57,879 nt of DNA from a virus (lineage: Duplodnaviria > Caudoviricetes). The translations under genes were made by a program, and so were the position numbers. Numbering within the stretch: the first letter of the stretch is position 1; the number at the start of each line of letters is the position of its first letter. This document shows positions 46,110 through 55,127 of the stretch, piece after piece. The notes below the pieces were generated by a model, which saw nothing but the letters and a program-made list of their open reading frames with translations, was not told where the DNA came from and made no database searches. The stretch covers positions 1-57,879 of the IMG/VR virus record IMGVR_UViG_3300018072_000001. One strand, given 5' to 3'.

Positions 46110-46354
46110 GAATCGGAGAAATCGTTCACGTCGGCGAAGGGGAATCCGTCGTGGTCAAGCGCATTTACCGACTCTATCTCTGGACCAACGAGTACCATTT
46201 CTTCAACGGCTCGAATCGTCCGCGTCGGGTACGCGGCCGATGCCTCCAGCAATTCGCTCGCTACAAGGATCTGGTCGCTGAAGCGAAACGTCGCGCGGTC
46301 GCCGCAGGCTATCCGAAATCACGTTGGATGGACTTGTACGATTGGAATGTGTAA
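46106..46354 (+). CDS. Hypothetical protein
   Basis: GGAGG RBS; ATGA overlap. Confidence 0.5.
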   Translation: MRIGEIVHVGEGESVVVKRIYRLYLWTNEYHFFNGSNRPRRVRGRCLQQFARYKDLVAEAKRRAVAAGYPKSRWMDLYDWNV

Positions 46355-46384
46355 AATCGATTGAATGAGAAGGAGAAGAAGGTC

Positions 46385-46576
46385 ATGATTCGTGAAATGA
46401 ACTCGCCATGGTATCCTTACGACGTAGTCGCTAGCGACCGTTGTTGGCATTGCCACGTTGAGTTTACCAAAGATGAGTTCCTTCGCGTGATCGATTCCGT
46501 TGTACCGAAACTGGTGCATGACCGTCAGCCATGCGCGGCGGCAATGGTTCGGATGCCCACGGTACCGCAGTCATGA
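46385..46576 (+). CDS. Small Cys/His protein
   Basis: Follows the leader motif; CWHC...H..C. Confidence 0.55.
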   Translation: MIREMNSPWYPYDVVASDRCWHCHVEFTKDEFLRVIDSVVPKLVHDRQPCAAAMVRMPTVPQS

Positions 46577-46743
46577 GCCACATTGCCGCGCTACCGAAGC
46601 GTCAGGGACTCAAGTTGTCCAGACCAGTGGTGTTACAGTTGCTGGTTATGCAACGGCGGATAGAGGAGCAATCTGGTTCGACACCCACGCTGGAGGAAAC
46701 CATCCGCATCGCCATCAGCTACTGGAATATGTACAAGGAATAG
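46573..46743 (+). CDS. Small ribbon-helix-helix-like protein
   Basis: LKLSRPV...PTLEETIRIAI. Confidence 0.4.
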   Translation: MSHIAALPKRQGLKLSRPVVLQLLVMQRRIEEQSGSTPTLEETIRIAISYWNMYKE

Positions 46744-46780
46744 TGACATCAAATCAGAAGTGATGAAGGAGAGGATGATC

Positions 46781-47032
46781 ATGGCAAGAGGCTTACGCAC
46801 TATCACCGTTCGAGAACTCCTTGACCTGCTCGAAGGCGAGTCACCCGACATGCGGATCATTGTCACCGCCGACTACGGAGATCATTCACACACCGCTCAG
46901 GCACTACCCTTGAAAGGTGAGTGCGAAACTGTCACCGTTTCAGAATCCGCTTACAGCAGCAGTGGGTTCGCAATTGCCGAACCGGACGATGACGACGACG
47001 AGGACGCAGAGACCTTCTTGGTGCTCCGATGA
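46781..47032 (+). CDS. Hypothetical protein
   Basis: TVRELLDLL...PD motif; variant leader. Confidence 0.6.
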   Translation: MARGLRTITVRELLDLLEGESPDMRIIVTADYGDHSHTAQALPLKGECETVTVSESAYSSSGFAIAEPDDDDDEDAETFLVLR

Positions 47033-47286
47033 AGACGAAACGCGCGCCACGATACGGCATCCCATATCACACCATCAAGTACTGGCAGGACCAAGCCAAG
47101 ATGTTGTATCGCTACAACGGCATCTACGCGGGTCGGCAATTTATCGAGGCTTCGTTTTCTCGCTACGGTCAGCCGGTGGTGTCTGGCCGAGAGATTGGTC
47201 ACAACATCATTTCTTTGGCCGCAGTGGCGAGTCCGGAACATCTTAAGGCCGTGCTCGCAGGCACACGCGGAAGGAGATGGTCATGA
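47029..47286 (+). CDS. Hypothetical protein
   Basis: ATGA coupling. Confidence 0.5.
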   Translation: MKTKRAPRYGIPYHTIKYWQDQAKMLYRYNGIYAGRQFIEASFSRYGQPVVSGREIGHNIISLAAVASPEHLKAVLAGTRGRRWS

Positions 47287-47474
47287 AAGTGAACCGCATC
47301 GCTCGCACCACCGCACGGAGCATTGCCCATCAACGCGCGAAGGACGCCGGACTGGACCCGGACACCGCTGACGCCGTAGTCCAGAGCGTGATGGCAATTT
47401 TCGATCCGGAGTACACGTTCAAGGAGTGGAAGGACTTCGTAGACCAGGAGATTCAACGCCACGCCGCACCATAA
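47283..47474 (+). CDS. Hypothetical protein
   Basis: AAGGAGATGGTCATG leader variant. Confidence 0.55.
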   Translation: MKVNRIARTTARSIAHQRAKDAGLDPDTADAVVQSVMAIFDPEYTFKEWKDFVDQEIQRHAAP

Positions 47475-47485
47475 AGGAGAAGGTC

Positions 47486-47683
47486 ATGAAAACGATTTAC
47501 GTCCGCATCGGGGAACCGGAGCATCATCTGTTTCGGGAAGTCCGGATCATCCCACTGCGTGAAGTGCTGGAGATGGTATGTGCGTGGTGTCCGGGATTCG
47601 ATCCGCGCGATCCGAAGAACCGGAATGCGACCCATGGGATGTGTGCGGCGTGCGCGGCACGCTTCAATAAGGAGCGGGCATGA
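47486..47683 (+). CDS. Small zinc-binding protein
   Basis: VCAWC...THGMCAAC; leader variant. Confidence 0.65.
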   Translation: MKTIYVRIGEPEHHLFREVRIIPLREVLEMVCAWCPGFDPRDPKNRNATHGMCAACAARFNKERA

Positions 47684-47979
47684 GCCAGTACCTGTTCAAA
47701 CAGGAAGTCGTCATAGGCGATCCCGACTGCGTGTACTGCCATGCGGGGATCCTTCACACGGAGCACCGGCATATGGCTGACATGGATCATTCGGAATTCG
47801 GATGGGTGATCATGGTGCGTGATCGCGGCCAGGATGAGCCCCGTCGCACCAGCAAGATCTATTCCAACCACACCGACGCAGTGGCGGCAAAGTATCATCT
47901 GATGGCGACCGGCCGGTACAATAGCGTGTCGGTTCGGGAAGCCACCAAGGAAGACGCGGACCAGACAGAAGACTGGTAG
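47680..47979 (+). CDS. Hypothetical protein
   Basis: AAGGAG RBS; CVYC. Confidence 0.55.
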   Translation: MSQYLFKQEVVIGDPDCVYCHAGILHTEHRHMADMDHSEFGWVIMVRDRGQDEPRRTSKIYSNHTDAVAAKYHLMATGRYNSVSVREATKEDADQTEDW

Positions 47980-47998
47980 TCACGGAAAGGAGAAGGAG

Positions 47999-48220
47999 AT
48001 GGTCACCAAGAAGATTAAGATACGCATCCGACGGCCGGTCCACATCGTACTCGCGTTGGTGCCATCAAGTAAGGAAGGTCATCCACCGCACAAGATCTGT
48101 CTGGACCGGCACAACATGGTCTACTGCACGTGTAAGGGTTGGCGCTACAACGGACACACGTGTCCCGGTCTCACGGCCTTTCGAGATGCTTTGGCATCCG
48201 CACAGGAGAAACTGACTTGA
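47999..48220 (+). CDS. SWIM zinc-finger protein
   Basis: YCTCKGWRYNGHTC. Confidence 0.6.
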   Translation: MVTKKIKIRIRRPVHIVLALVPSSKEGHPPHKICLDRHNMVYCTCKGWRYNGHTCPGLTAFRDALASAQEKLT

Positions 48221-48816
48221 GTAAGCGCTCGAAGGCTCGGCTCATCAAGGCGAAGATTCGCGAGCATGCACGGATGGCAGAGCTCCTCCTGCCACCCACT
48301 CCCGAGAACTGTCCGAAGTATCCTCGTGTCTACTTCGAATCGTTCCGACCCAAACTGTTTGCGGCGTGTAAGAATTCTCGACACCGTCATTGCCCGAAGA
48401 CCGTGGACCAGGATCGTGGTCGGACGCATCTGTACTGTCATTGTCCCTGCCATCTACCGAAGATGAGCCGGTACAAGCGTCAACAACTGATGCTGAAAAT
48501 GAAACAGGAGCTCACGAAGAAGGAACGGAAAGGTGTACGCCTTCCGCGAGATCCCAATGCCCCACGCGCGGAGGTTGGCGCCAGAGGACAACAGAAACGA
48601 TTTCGCTACGTAAAAGAGCCGGACGGAAAAGTGCCGGCCGGGATCATGCATATTGTATGGCACGCGATCAGCACGATGCAGGAAGGCACAGTGGCGGAGA
48701 TCGCGACAATGGCCATTGAGAAAGGTCTGCGTGACGTGACCGGACAAGACCCCACGACACAGACCAGTATCATGCTGCATCGGATGTTGAAGGCCGGTAT
48801 GGTGGAGGTAGTGTGA
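48217..48816 (+). CDS. Cys/His domain + winged-helix protein, paralogue 2
   Basis: CHCPCH; GTVAEIATMAIEKGL..TGQDPTTQT...LHRM; start uncertain. Confidence 0.6.
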   Translation: MSKRSKARLIKAKIREHARMAELLLPPTPENCPKYPRVYFESFRPKLFAACKNSRHRHCPKTVDQDRGRTHLYCHCPCHLPKMSRYKRQQLMLKMKQELTKKERKGVRLPRDPNAPRAEVGARGQQKRFRYVKEPDGKVPAGIMHIVWHAISTMQEGTVAEIATMAIEKGLRDVTGQDPTTQTSIMLHRMLKAGMVEVV

Positions 48817-48950
48817 TGGAAGACCGCGATGATGACGACGAGATCGATCGCTCGGACACCGACGAAGCGGAAGGCGATTGGCAATCGGAGTTCGATGCCA
48901 TGCTCGACGCCGATGACCTGGAGGACGACGATGAGATTGAGAGTGAATAG
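48816..48950 (+). CDS. Very acidic 44-aa peptide (not in ORF track)
   Basis: MEDRDDDDEIDRSDTDEAEGDWQSEFDAMLDADDLEDDDEIESE; GGAGG RBS; TGATG coupling. Confidence 0.6.
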   Translation: MEDRDDDDEIDRSDTDEAEGDWQSEFDAMLDADDLEDDDEIESE

Positions 48951-50214
48951 CCGAAAGGCCTTCGTGACCTTCTTCTCTCGTACCTCAAAGGGTCAATTGC
49001 AAACCTGGTCCTGTTGGATTGAAGCCGACGGGATCACGGTCACTAGCATGTGGGGGATCAAAGGCGGGAAGATGCAGATCACTCACGACACCATGACCAG
49101 TCGAGGACGGAAAGGTACGGCTGCGTACAAGTCACCGAAGACGGTCGCGGTGGAAGAGCATGCACGGCAAGTGGAGAAGAAGATGCGTGCCGGCTACGTC
49201 GAGGCGGAAGCACGAGCGCAAGAAGTGCAGCTGGAGAAATTGAAGTCCGAGTTGGACTTCGATAAGCTGCCACGTTCATTCGCTCCGGCCAAACCCATTC
49301 GCGAGATCGCGCCGGAAGAAGCCGCTCGGCTGGACAAGGCCGGGTTGCTCGCCATCCAACGAAAACGGGATGGGATGCGGCATTACATTGTGGCTGGCCA
49401 GGATGGCGCCATTCACGTCTACAGCCGGGGGATGGACGATATGACCGCCCACTTCACCCGGCTCACGCAAGAGCTCACCTTGCCAGCGGGGACTATCCTG
49501 GATTGTGAGTTCGTGGTCACCACACCGAAGGGTGCCGACGACTTCATCGCGGTGTCCGAGATCTGTCGGTCGAAATCAGAACGCGCGATCCGGACCATGA
49601 TCAGTTACGAACGGAACGGATGCGAGATTTCGTTCTTGGTGTTCGACCTTCTCTTCTATGACCGGCTCCCGACATGGCAACTGCCGTATCGAGAACGGTA
49701 CAACGCGTTGGGAGTGGCGTTGGTGAAGGCGCATACCGGCCGTCGTGCGCATTTCAATCATGTCGTCGTGATGCCCAGACTCACCAAGTCGCTGGCGCAG
49801 TGCATTCGTCGCGTGCAGAAACGCGGATGGGAAGGCTTGGTGTTGTGGCGTGCAGACCAGGCGACGCAGGTGCATCTCAATCGTTCGCCGAAGCGATGCA
49901 ACTGTTATAAGTTCAAGCCGATGGTGGAAGGAGATTTCGTCGCCACCGGCTACGAGCTCGGCAAGGGTCGGAACGAGAAAGTGGTCGGGGCATTGAATCT
50001 GGGGATCTACGGTCCATGGAAAGCGAAGTGGGCTCTGATCCAGATGGGTAATGTCGGGACCGGCTTCAGTGATCAGCAACGAGTGGAGGCGTTGCAGTGG
50101 AAGTATCCGTGTGTGGTCGAAGTGAAGTACGAGAAGATGTCGGAGACCGGATTACGGTTCCCATCCTTCCTTCGGAAGAGGGAGGACAAGAAACCGAAGG
50201 AGTGCAGACTGTGA
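48931..50214 (+). CDS. ATP-dependent DNA ligase with N-terminal WGR-like domain
   Basis: KRDGMR (motif I), LDCE, FDLL, EGLV, YKFK, LRFP; GGAGG before ATG 48931. Confidence 0.9.
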   Translation: MRLRVNSRKAFVTFFSRTSKGQLQTWSCWIEADGITVTSMWGIKGGKMQITHDTMTSRGRKGTAAYKSPKTVAVEEHARQVEKKMRAGYVEAEARAQEVQLEKLKSELDFDKLPRSFAPAKPIREIAPEEAARLDKAGLLAIQRKRDGMRHYIVAGQDGAIHVYSRGMDDMTAHFTRLTQELTLPAGTILDCEFVVTTPKGADDFIAVSEICRSKSERAIRTMISYERNGCEISFLVFDLLFYDRLPTWQLPYRERYNALGVALVKAHTGRRAHFNHVVVMPRLTKSLAQCIRRVQKRGWEGLVLWRADQATQVHLNRSPKRCNCYKFKPMVEGDFVATGYELGKGRNEKVVGALNLGIYGPWKAKWALIQMGNVGTGFSDQQRVEALQWKYPCVVEVKYEKMSETGLRFPSFLRKREDKKPKECRL

Positions 50215-50489
50215 TCACAGACCTGTTGAACCATCTTGAGACAGAAGCGGACGATCAGGTTCCGGAGGGAAAACGTTTGCGTGAAACTCCGATCGGAGAT
50301 AAGAACATAGATGAGATCCTGGCACGATGTAAGGTGGCCATCGGGTACATCGGTAATTTCGTTCGACTGAAGTCGGCACTGTCGAACGAGATCCAGGTTC
50401 GGTGCATCATGAAGAAGCTTGAAAAGCAGATGAGCCATGGCAAAACAACTCAGCGACGCCGAAATAAAGGAAAGAAAAGAAAGGCATAG
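50211..50489 (+). CDS. Hypothetical protein
   Basis: GTGA overlap with the ligase stop; AAGGAG RBS. Confidence 0.45.
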   Translation: MITDLLNHLETEADDQVPEGKRLRETPIGDKNIDEILARCKVAIGYIGNFVRLKSALSNEIQVRCIMKKLEKQMSHGKTTQRRRNKGKKRKA

Positions 50490-50994
50490 ACTGCACGAGT
50501 GGAATAAACGTAGACGATTGGGAATACCTATCGTGGTTAGGTTTAACACCGAAGAAGAACGTGCGGCCGCGAGAAAATCATATTCTCGAAAGTCGTACCT
50601 CAAACATAAAAAGAAATGGAGGCGACAAGCAAAGGCTCGACATCGTGCTGACCCAGAAAAGCGTCGATTGTACGAGCGACGTCGTAAAAAAACTGATACC
50701 AGAGTTCGTGCGTACTACGCGAAGTACATGTTTGACTTTGTTCGGTCAGACAAGGGAAAGGAGTATTTCAAAAAATATAGAGCCACTAAAAAAGCAAAGC
50801 GGACAGCGAAAAAGTGGTATCAGTCTTCACGGGGTAAGGAATGTGTGGCGAGACAGAATTTTAAACGAAGACTCCCGAAGTTCCTTCATGGTTGGCGGAA
50901 ACTCCTTAGAGCATCTGACTTTGAACGAATGAAGCCAATGCTGATAGAATGGTGGTCATCCAAAAACTTCATTAAGGAAATGGGACCGAGATAA
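50437..50994 (+). CDS. Highly basic protein (AT-rich gene; resembles non-catalytic arms of homing endonucleases)
   Basis: K/R-rich; Y..S..GK repeats. Confidence 0.5.
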   Translation: MAKQLSDAEIKERKERHRLHEWNKRRRLGIPIVVRFNTEEERAAARKSYSRKSYLKHKKKWRRQAKARHRADPEKRRLYERRRKKTDTRVRAYYAKYMFDFVRSDKGKEYFKKYRATKKAKRTAKKWYQSSRGKECVARQNFKRRLPKFLHGWRKLLRASDFERMKPMLIEWWSSKNFIKEMGPR

Positions 50995-51009
50995 GAGAAG
51001 GAGAGGAAA

Positions 51010-51291
51010 ATGGAGGACATGGTGAGGAAAAAGGTACACTGGTTACAAACTGAAGAAGGAAAGAAGAAGATGTCACGACTGATGAAGAAACGTTGGCGGA
51101 AAAAGAAAAAGACCGCCACGTCGTCGAAGGCAGAGACGCTCATCAAGAAGAAGGTCGGCAAGCAAGCCATGACGATGCGCGTCGATCAGTACGTGCGCGT
51201 CGCCAAGATCGCCGTCGCCGCTGAAGAGGTGCCAGCGTTGATGCAGGCCGTGAAGGACGCCGTGTTCTTCAACATGTGGGGTGGCAAATGA
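51010..51291 (+). CDS. Basic hypothetical protein
   Basis: GGAGAGG RBS. Confidence 0.55.
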   Translation: MEDMVRKKVHWLQTEEGKKKMSRLMKKRWRKKKKTATSSKAETLIKKKVGKQAMTMRVDQYVRVAKIAVAAEEVPALMQAVKDAVFFNMWGGK

Positions 51292-51506
51292 AGAAGCGAT
51301 GCCAGCCTCGCATCCCCGGTGTGGTGCGTGAACCGTCTCACACATCGTTGTTGCCGGAGATCAATCGAGAGCTTCAGCGTATTGCTGCGAAGTACGGCGT
51401 ATCACCGTCATGGGTGCGCGCGACCATTCTCGCGGATGCGTTGAAGATCCGTCGTCAACCTCGGTACTACATGGAGGAAGTTTCGAATAAACGGAGACGC
51501 GCATGA
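51288..51506 (+). CDS. Ribbon-helix-helix-like DNA-binding protein
   Basis: EL.RIAAKYGVSPSWVRATILADAL. Confidence 0.6.
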   Translation: MKKRCQPRIPGVVREPSHTSLLPEINRELQRIAAKYGVSPSWVRATILADALKIRRQPRYYMEEVSNKRRRA

Positions 51507-51653
51507 AAAAGAAAAAGCGGACTCCGAAACGAAAGCGAGTCGAACGTAGAAAGAGGACACGCCAGATACATGTCATCGATGAGAATACAAGCTATCGTGA
51601 CGAGTTGTTGGCGCGGACTGAGTTAACCAGTTTCTTTTTGAAGAGGTACTGAC

Positions 51654-51869
51654 GTGGCCAAGAAAACACTGGGCAAGAACATCGAGTACTCGATCGATGG
51701 CAGCAAGCTCACGATGGTCGTGGACCTCAGCAAGGATTTCGGACCGTCGGCGTCCGGCAAGACCGTCATCATCGCGTCGTCCGAAGGCAACAAGGACGTC
51801 GGCGATGTCAAGGTCGGCTTGAACATCTACAAGTATCCGGATGCAAAGGCCGCGAAGGCGAAGAAATGA
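51654..51869 (+). CDS. Conserved small protein
   Basis: LTMVVDLSKDFGPSASGKTVIIASSEGN motif. Confidence 0.7.
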   Translation: MAKKTLGKNIEYSIDGSKLTMVVDLSKDFGPSASGKTVIIASSEGNKDVGDVKVGLNIYKYPDAKAAKAKK

Positions 51870-52105
51870 ATCAGCTGGCAGTAGGGGATCGTGTTTCTAC
51901 ACGTGGATGGTTGTCGCGACAAGAGCCTGATCGTGTCGGCACCGTGGTGGAACTGTATCGCGGTGTGCCATCTGCACTTGATAAGGGCGTCGAGCTCGTA
52001 GCCGTGTGCTGGGACGACAACGGTCGCACCGAGCGCGGTTACATTTTGGCATCAGGAAGCTTGACGAAAATTCCATCCGACCCGACGCCAATCGGGGAGG
52101 CTTAA
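51866..52105 (+). CDS. SH3/KOW-like small protein
   Basis: VGDRV...GTVVE...AVCWD. Confidence 0.55.
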   Translation: MNQLAVGDRVSTRGWLSRQEPDRVGTVVELYRGVPSALDKGVELVAVCWDDNGRTERGYILASGSLTKIPSDPTPIGEA

Positions 52106-52220
52106 CTTGCTGTGCGGCCGGGGGATAAATTTTATCGCGTGAACCGCTCGGTTCAGAGGGATAATCCCCCGGCTCGAACGGCGTGGAGATGGTGGCGGCG
52201 GAGGCGGAAATCAAACGCAC

Positions 52221-52889
52221 ATGAAAATTCATTTGCGACACGCGGTGACGCGCGCAGTCCGTCCCACGGTCATCCTTCGAAAAAGGAAGGTGTCAAAACT
52301 AGAAACAGCACTTTACATGCGGCCATTGTTTCGAGACCCGAAGTTTCCGCAGGGTACGCCGATCAACGATTCGTTGATGCTTCGGCTGCGCTGCGGTCAC
52401 ATCGTGATCCGGCCGCAACATCCGTTGAAGATTCGAAAGCTGGTCTACTGTCCAATGTGCTTTATGTTGTGGACCGAACGGATGGCCATCGATGCGATCT
52501 CGAAGTCGAATCAACGGAAACGAATTCGTAAACAGGCAACACAACAACAGGAGATAGGTGAGATCATGGCGAAGAAAAAGACCACTGGTGACGATCGTCG
52601 CGGCCGAAAGACGTTCGAGTTCGCAAAGGAAGCGAAGGACCTGGTAGACGAGACCATCATGGGCGTCGTCTACAACGCCATCAAGAAAATGAAGTCAGGC
52701 ACCGTTGCCGACATCAGTGAGGCTGCTGTCAAAGGCGGTCTCAAGGATTACACCGGACAGGATCCGCTCACCCAGACCGGTGTGTGGCTCAACCGCATGG
52801 TCAGCAAAGGCTACGTGCGGAAGGTGAAGACCGATAACAGCGCGAAGAAGAAGGTCGTGCTGAAGCTGAAGAAGAAGAAGGCCGCGTAG
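52221..52889 (+). CDS. Zn-finger + winged-helix protein, paralogue 3 (internal start at 52566) with Lys-rich tail
   Basis: LRCGH...CPMC; GTVADISEAAVKGGL..TGQDPLTQT...LNRM...KKKVVLKLKKKKAA. Confidence 0.65.
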   Translation: MKIHLRHAVTRAVRPTVILRKRKVSKLETALYMRPLFRDPKFPQGTPINDSLMLRLRCGHIVIRPQHPLKIRKLVYCPMCFMLWTERMAIDAISKSNQRKRIRKQATQQQEIGEIMAKKKTTGDDRRGRKTFEFAKEAKDLVDETIMGVVYNAIKKMKSGTVADISEAAVKGGLKDYTGQDPLTQTGVWLNRMVSKGYVRKVKTDNSAKKKVVLKLKKKKAA

Positions 52890-52895
52890 GTTGTC

Positions 52896-53294
52896 ATGAA
52901 AAGAAAGCGGCATCCCGTAACACGTGAATCATCTCATGGGGTGCCGCTTTCGTTCTTCATGGATGACAAGGACTTGACGGAACAAAGGACAAAGCGGATG
53001 CCTAATCGAATGGTCGGCACGGTCGCCGGAGTGAACCGGGACAAGGGATTCTTTTTCATCTGCGGACCGGATGGTCGGGATTACTTTGCTTTTGCAAAGG
53101 ATCTCCCGAACCATCTATCACTCAACACACTCATCACGCAGGTGACACGGATTCGGTTCTCCGCTCGTGAACCGGAACCGGTAAAGGGTCCGGCTGCCTA
53201 CGCTCTCGAGATCGTAGAAGAACAGCCGGATGATCCGACAGCGAAGCAACTCGGAATGGAGAAGGAGAAGAGGTATGATGATTCACGACGATGA
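52896..53294 (+). CDS. Cold-shock domain protein
   Basis: GTV...KGFFFI...DYF (RNP1/RNP2-like), KGPAA. Confidence 0.7.
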   Translation: MKRKRHPVTRESSHGVPLSFFMDDKDLTEQRTKRMPNRMVGTVAGVNRDKGFFFICGPDGRDYFAFAKDLPNHLSLNTLITQVTRIRFSAREPEPVKGPAAYALEIVEEQPDDPTAKQLGMEKEKRYDDSRR

Positions 53295-53715
53295 TGACGT
53301 CTCTGGTTGGGGCACAGACGATCGGGCTGGTAGTCCCGCCGAAACCATGACGCTCGTCATCCTGCTCATTTGCGTCGCGCTGATGTTTCTGTCAGCCTGT
53401 CCGGTACAGGCACAGACGCTCACCAACGCCGATCTCGGCAAACCGTTGACCGCGAAACAAACTCCGGCTGAAGCGATCACCATCCTTCAGTCGCACCAAT
53501 ATCAGACACCGGTGGTCTGCCGATGTGACGGACCGACGGTGACGATCCTCAGCACCAAGACGCCGACACTCGGACCGTGGGACTTCCCAGAACCTACGCC
53601 CGCACGACGTCTGGACGGAACGCGTGTTGACGATCCACCGACGGTGTACGGGATCCCACCCTACTGGTCAGTGTTTGTTTCCTACCCTACCGAGATACGG
53701 CGGCACCACCGATGA
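53275..53715 (+). CDS. Exported or membrane-anchored protein
   Basis: Hydrophobic signal LVILLICVALMFLSA followed by AQTLTNADL. Confidence 0.5.
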   Translation: MMIHDDDDVSGWGTDDRAGSPAETMTLVILLICVALMFLSACPVQAQTLTNADLGKPLTAKQTPAEAITILQSHQYQTPVVCRCDGPTVTILSTKTPTLGPWDFPEPTPARRLDGTRVDDPPTVYGIPPYWSVFVSYPTEIRRHHR

Positions 53716-53798
53716 TCTGGGTAGTCGGGTGGTTGTGCTACGTGGCGGGATTTCTAACCGGCGTCGCCTTCGGACGAGGCCTACGAGTCAAGTAAACA

Positions 53799-55127
53799 AT
53801 GCGCAAGACGTTTCTCAAGCACCAGGATGAGGCCATGGCCTACGCTCGCAAGCGGAAAGCCATTGGTCTCTTCCTGGCCATGCGTCTGGGCAAGACTCCG
53901 GTGGCCATTCGTTGGGCACGTGAACAGAAGCTACGTAAGGTGTTAGTGGTCGCACCGCTCGATGTCCTCCCAGGCATGCAGTGGGAAGATGAAATCAAAC
54001 AAGAAAGCAAACGGCCGGTTCACATTTGGCCGAATGAGAAAAAGGACGCATGGCTCACGGCGGCATCCTCCAGTACTGTCGGATGGTTTGGCATCAACTA
54101 CGAAGCCGTCCGCAACCGTCCAGAGATTCTCGACCTGGACTGGGACGGTATCATCCTCGACGAGTCCACCAAGATTCGAAACCCCAAAGCACAGATCACC
54201 AAACTCCTCCTCCGCAATACCGACCACATTGAACACCGCGCGATCCTCTCCGGTCTTCCCAATCCTGAATCTCCGCTCGATCTCTTCTGCCAGATGAAAT
54301 TCCTTCACGGCACTTTCCTCGGCTTCGAGAACTACTGGGCCTTCCGCCAATCCAAATTCAATCAAATCGGTTACATGTGGTTTCCAAGGAAGGGTGTCGT
54401 CGAACAAATCAAGAAGGCTATCCACAGCCAGTGCTTCATCCGGTCGCAGCGTCAGGTCGGCATGGGAAACAAGAAGGTGTGCGAACGTCGGTACGTCTAC
54501 ATGACCCCGGCTCAGGCACGGTTGCAGAAAGAAATCGAACGCGAGTTTACTGCCGGCCAGTACAGTACCAAATGGGCACCGGTACAACAGACTTGGTTGG
54601 CACGACTGGCAGGAGGCTTCGCTCCTGGTCTTGAGATGTTGACAGACAACAAACTACGACTGTTGAAACAGATCATCACCGAGGAGAAACCGAAAGAACA
54701 GATCGTGGTCTGGTTCCGGTTCACATCCGAGATCAAAGCCGCGTATGCGATGTTGCAAAAAGCCAAGGTCAGTTGTAAGGTCATTCGCGGTCGTACACCG
54801 AAGAAGAAACGGCCGATCATCCAGCGGAAGTTTCATGCCGGCACCTATCGAGTCTTGTTGATGCAGGTGAAGGTCGGACAGTACGGATTGAATCTAGCTT
54901 GTGCGAACACCGCTATCTACTACAGCAACGCCTGGGACCATGAGGTACGCTCCCAGAGTATGCAGCGGATCGAGCACATGATGAAGAAAGTGCCGCTGCT
55001 GTATATTGATCTCATCACCAAGAACTCGGTGGACGAAGCCGTGTTGGATGCGTTGCAGGAAAAGAAGCGAGACTCCAAACGATTCCTCCGTGACGTGATG
55101 ACGAACTTCCTCCAACGTGCCGCGTGA
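53799..55127 (+). CDS. SNF2-family helicase
   Basis: MRLGKT, ILDES, LSGLP, GLNL, QSMQRI. Confidence 0.9.
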   Translation: MRKTFLKHQDEAMAYARKRKAIGLFLAMRLGKTPVAIRWAREQKLRKVLVVAPLDVLPGMQWEDEIKQESKRPVHIWPNEKKDAWLTAASSSTVGWFGINYEAVRNRPEILDLDWDGIILDESTKIRNPKAQITKLLLRNTDHIEHRAILSGLPNPESPLDLFCQMKFLHGTFLGFENYWAFRQSKFNQIGYMWFPRKGVVEQIKKAIHSQCFIRSQRQVGMGNKKVCERRYVYMTPAQARLQKEIEREFTAGQYSTKWAPVQQTWLARLAGGFAPGLEMLTDNKLRLLKQIITEEKPKEQIVVWFRFTSEIKAAYAMLQKAKVSCKVIRGRTPKKKRPIIQRKFHAGTYRVLLMQVKVGQYGLNLACANTAIYYSNAWDHEVRSQSMQRIEHMMKKVPLLYIDLITKNSVDEAVLDALQEKKRDSKRFLRDVMTNFLQRAA

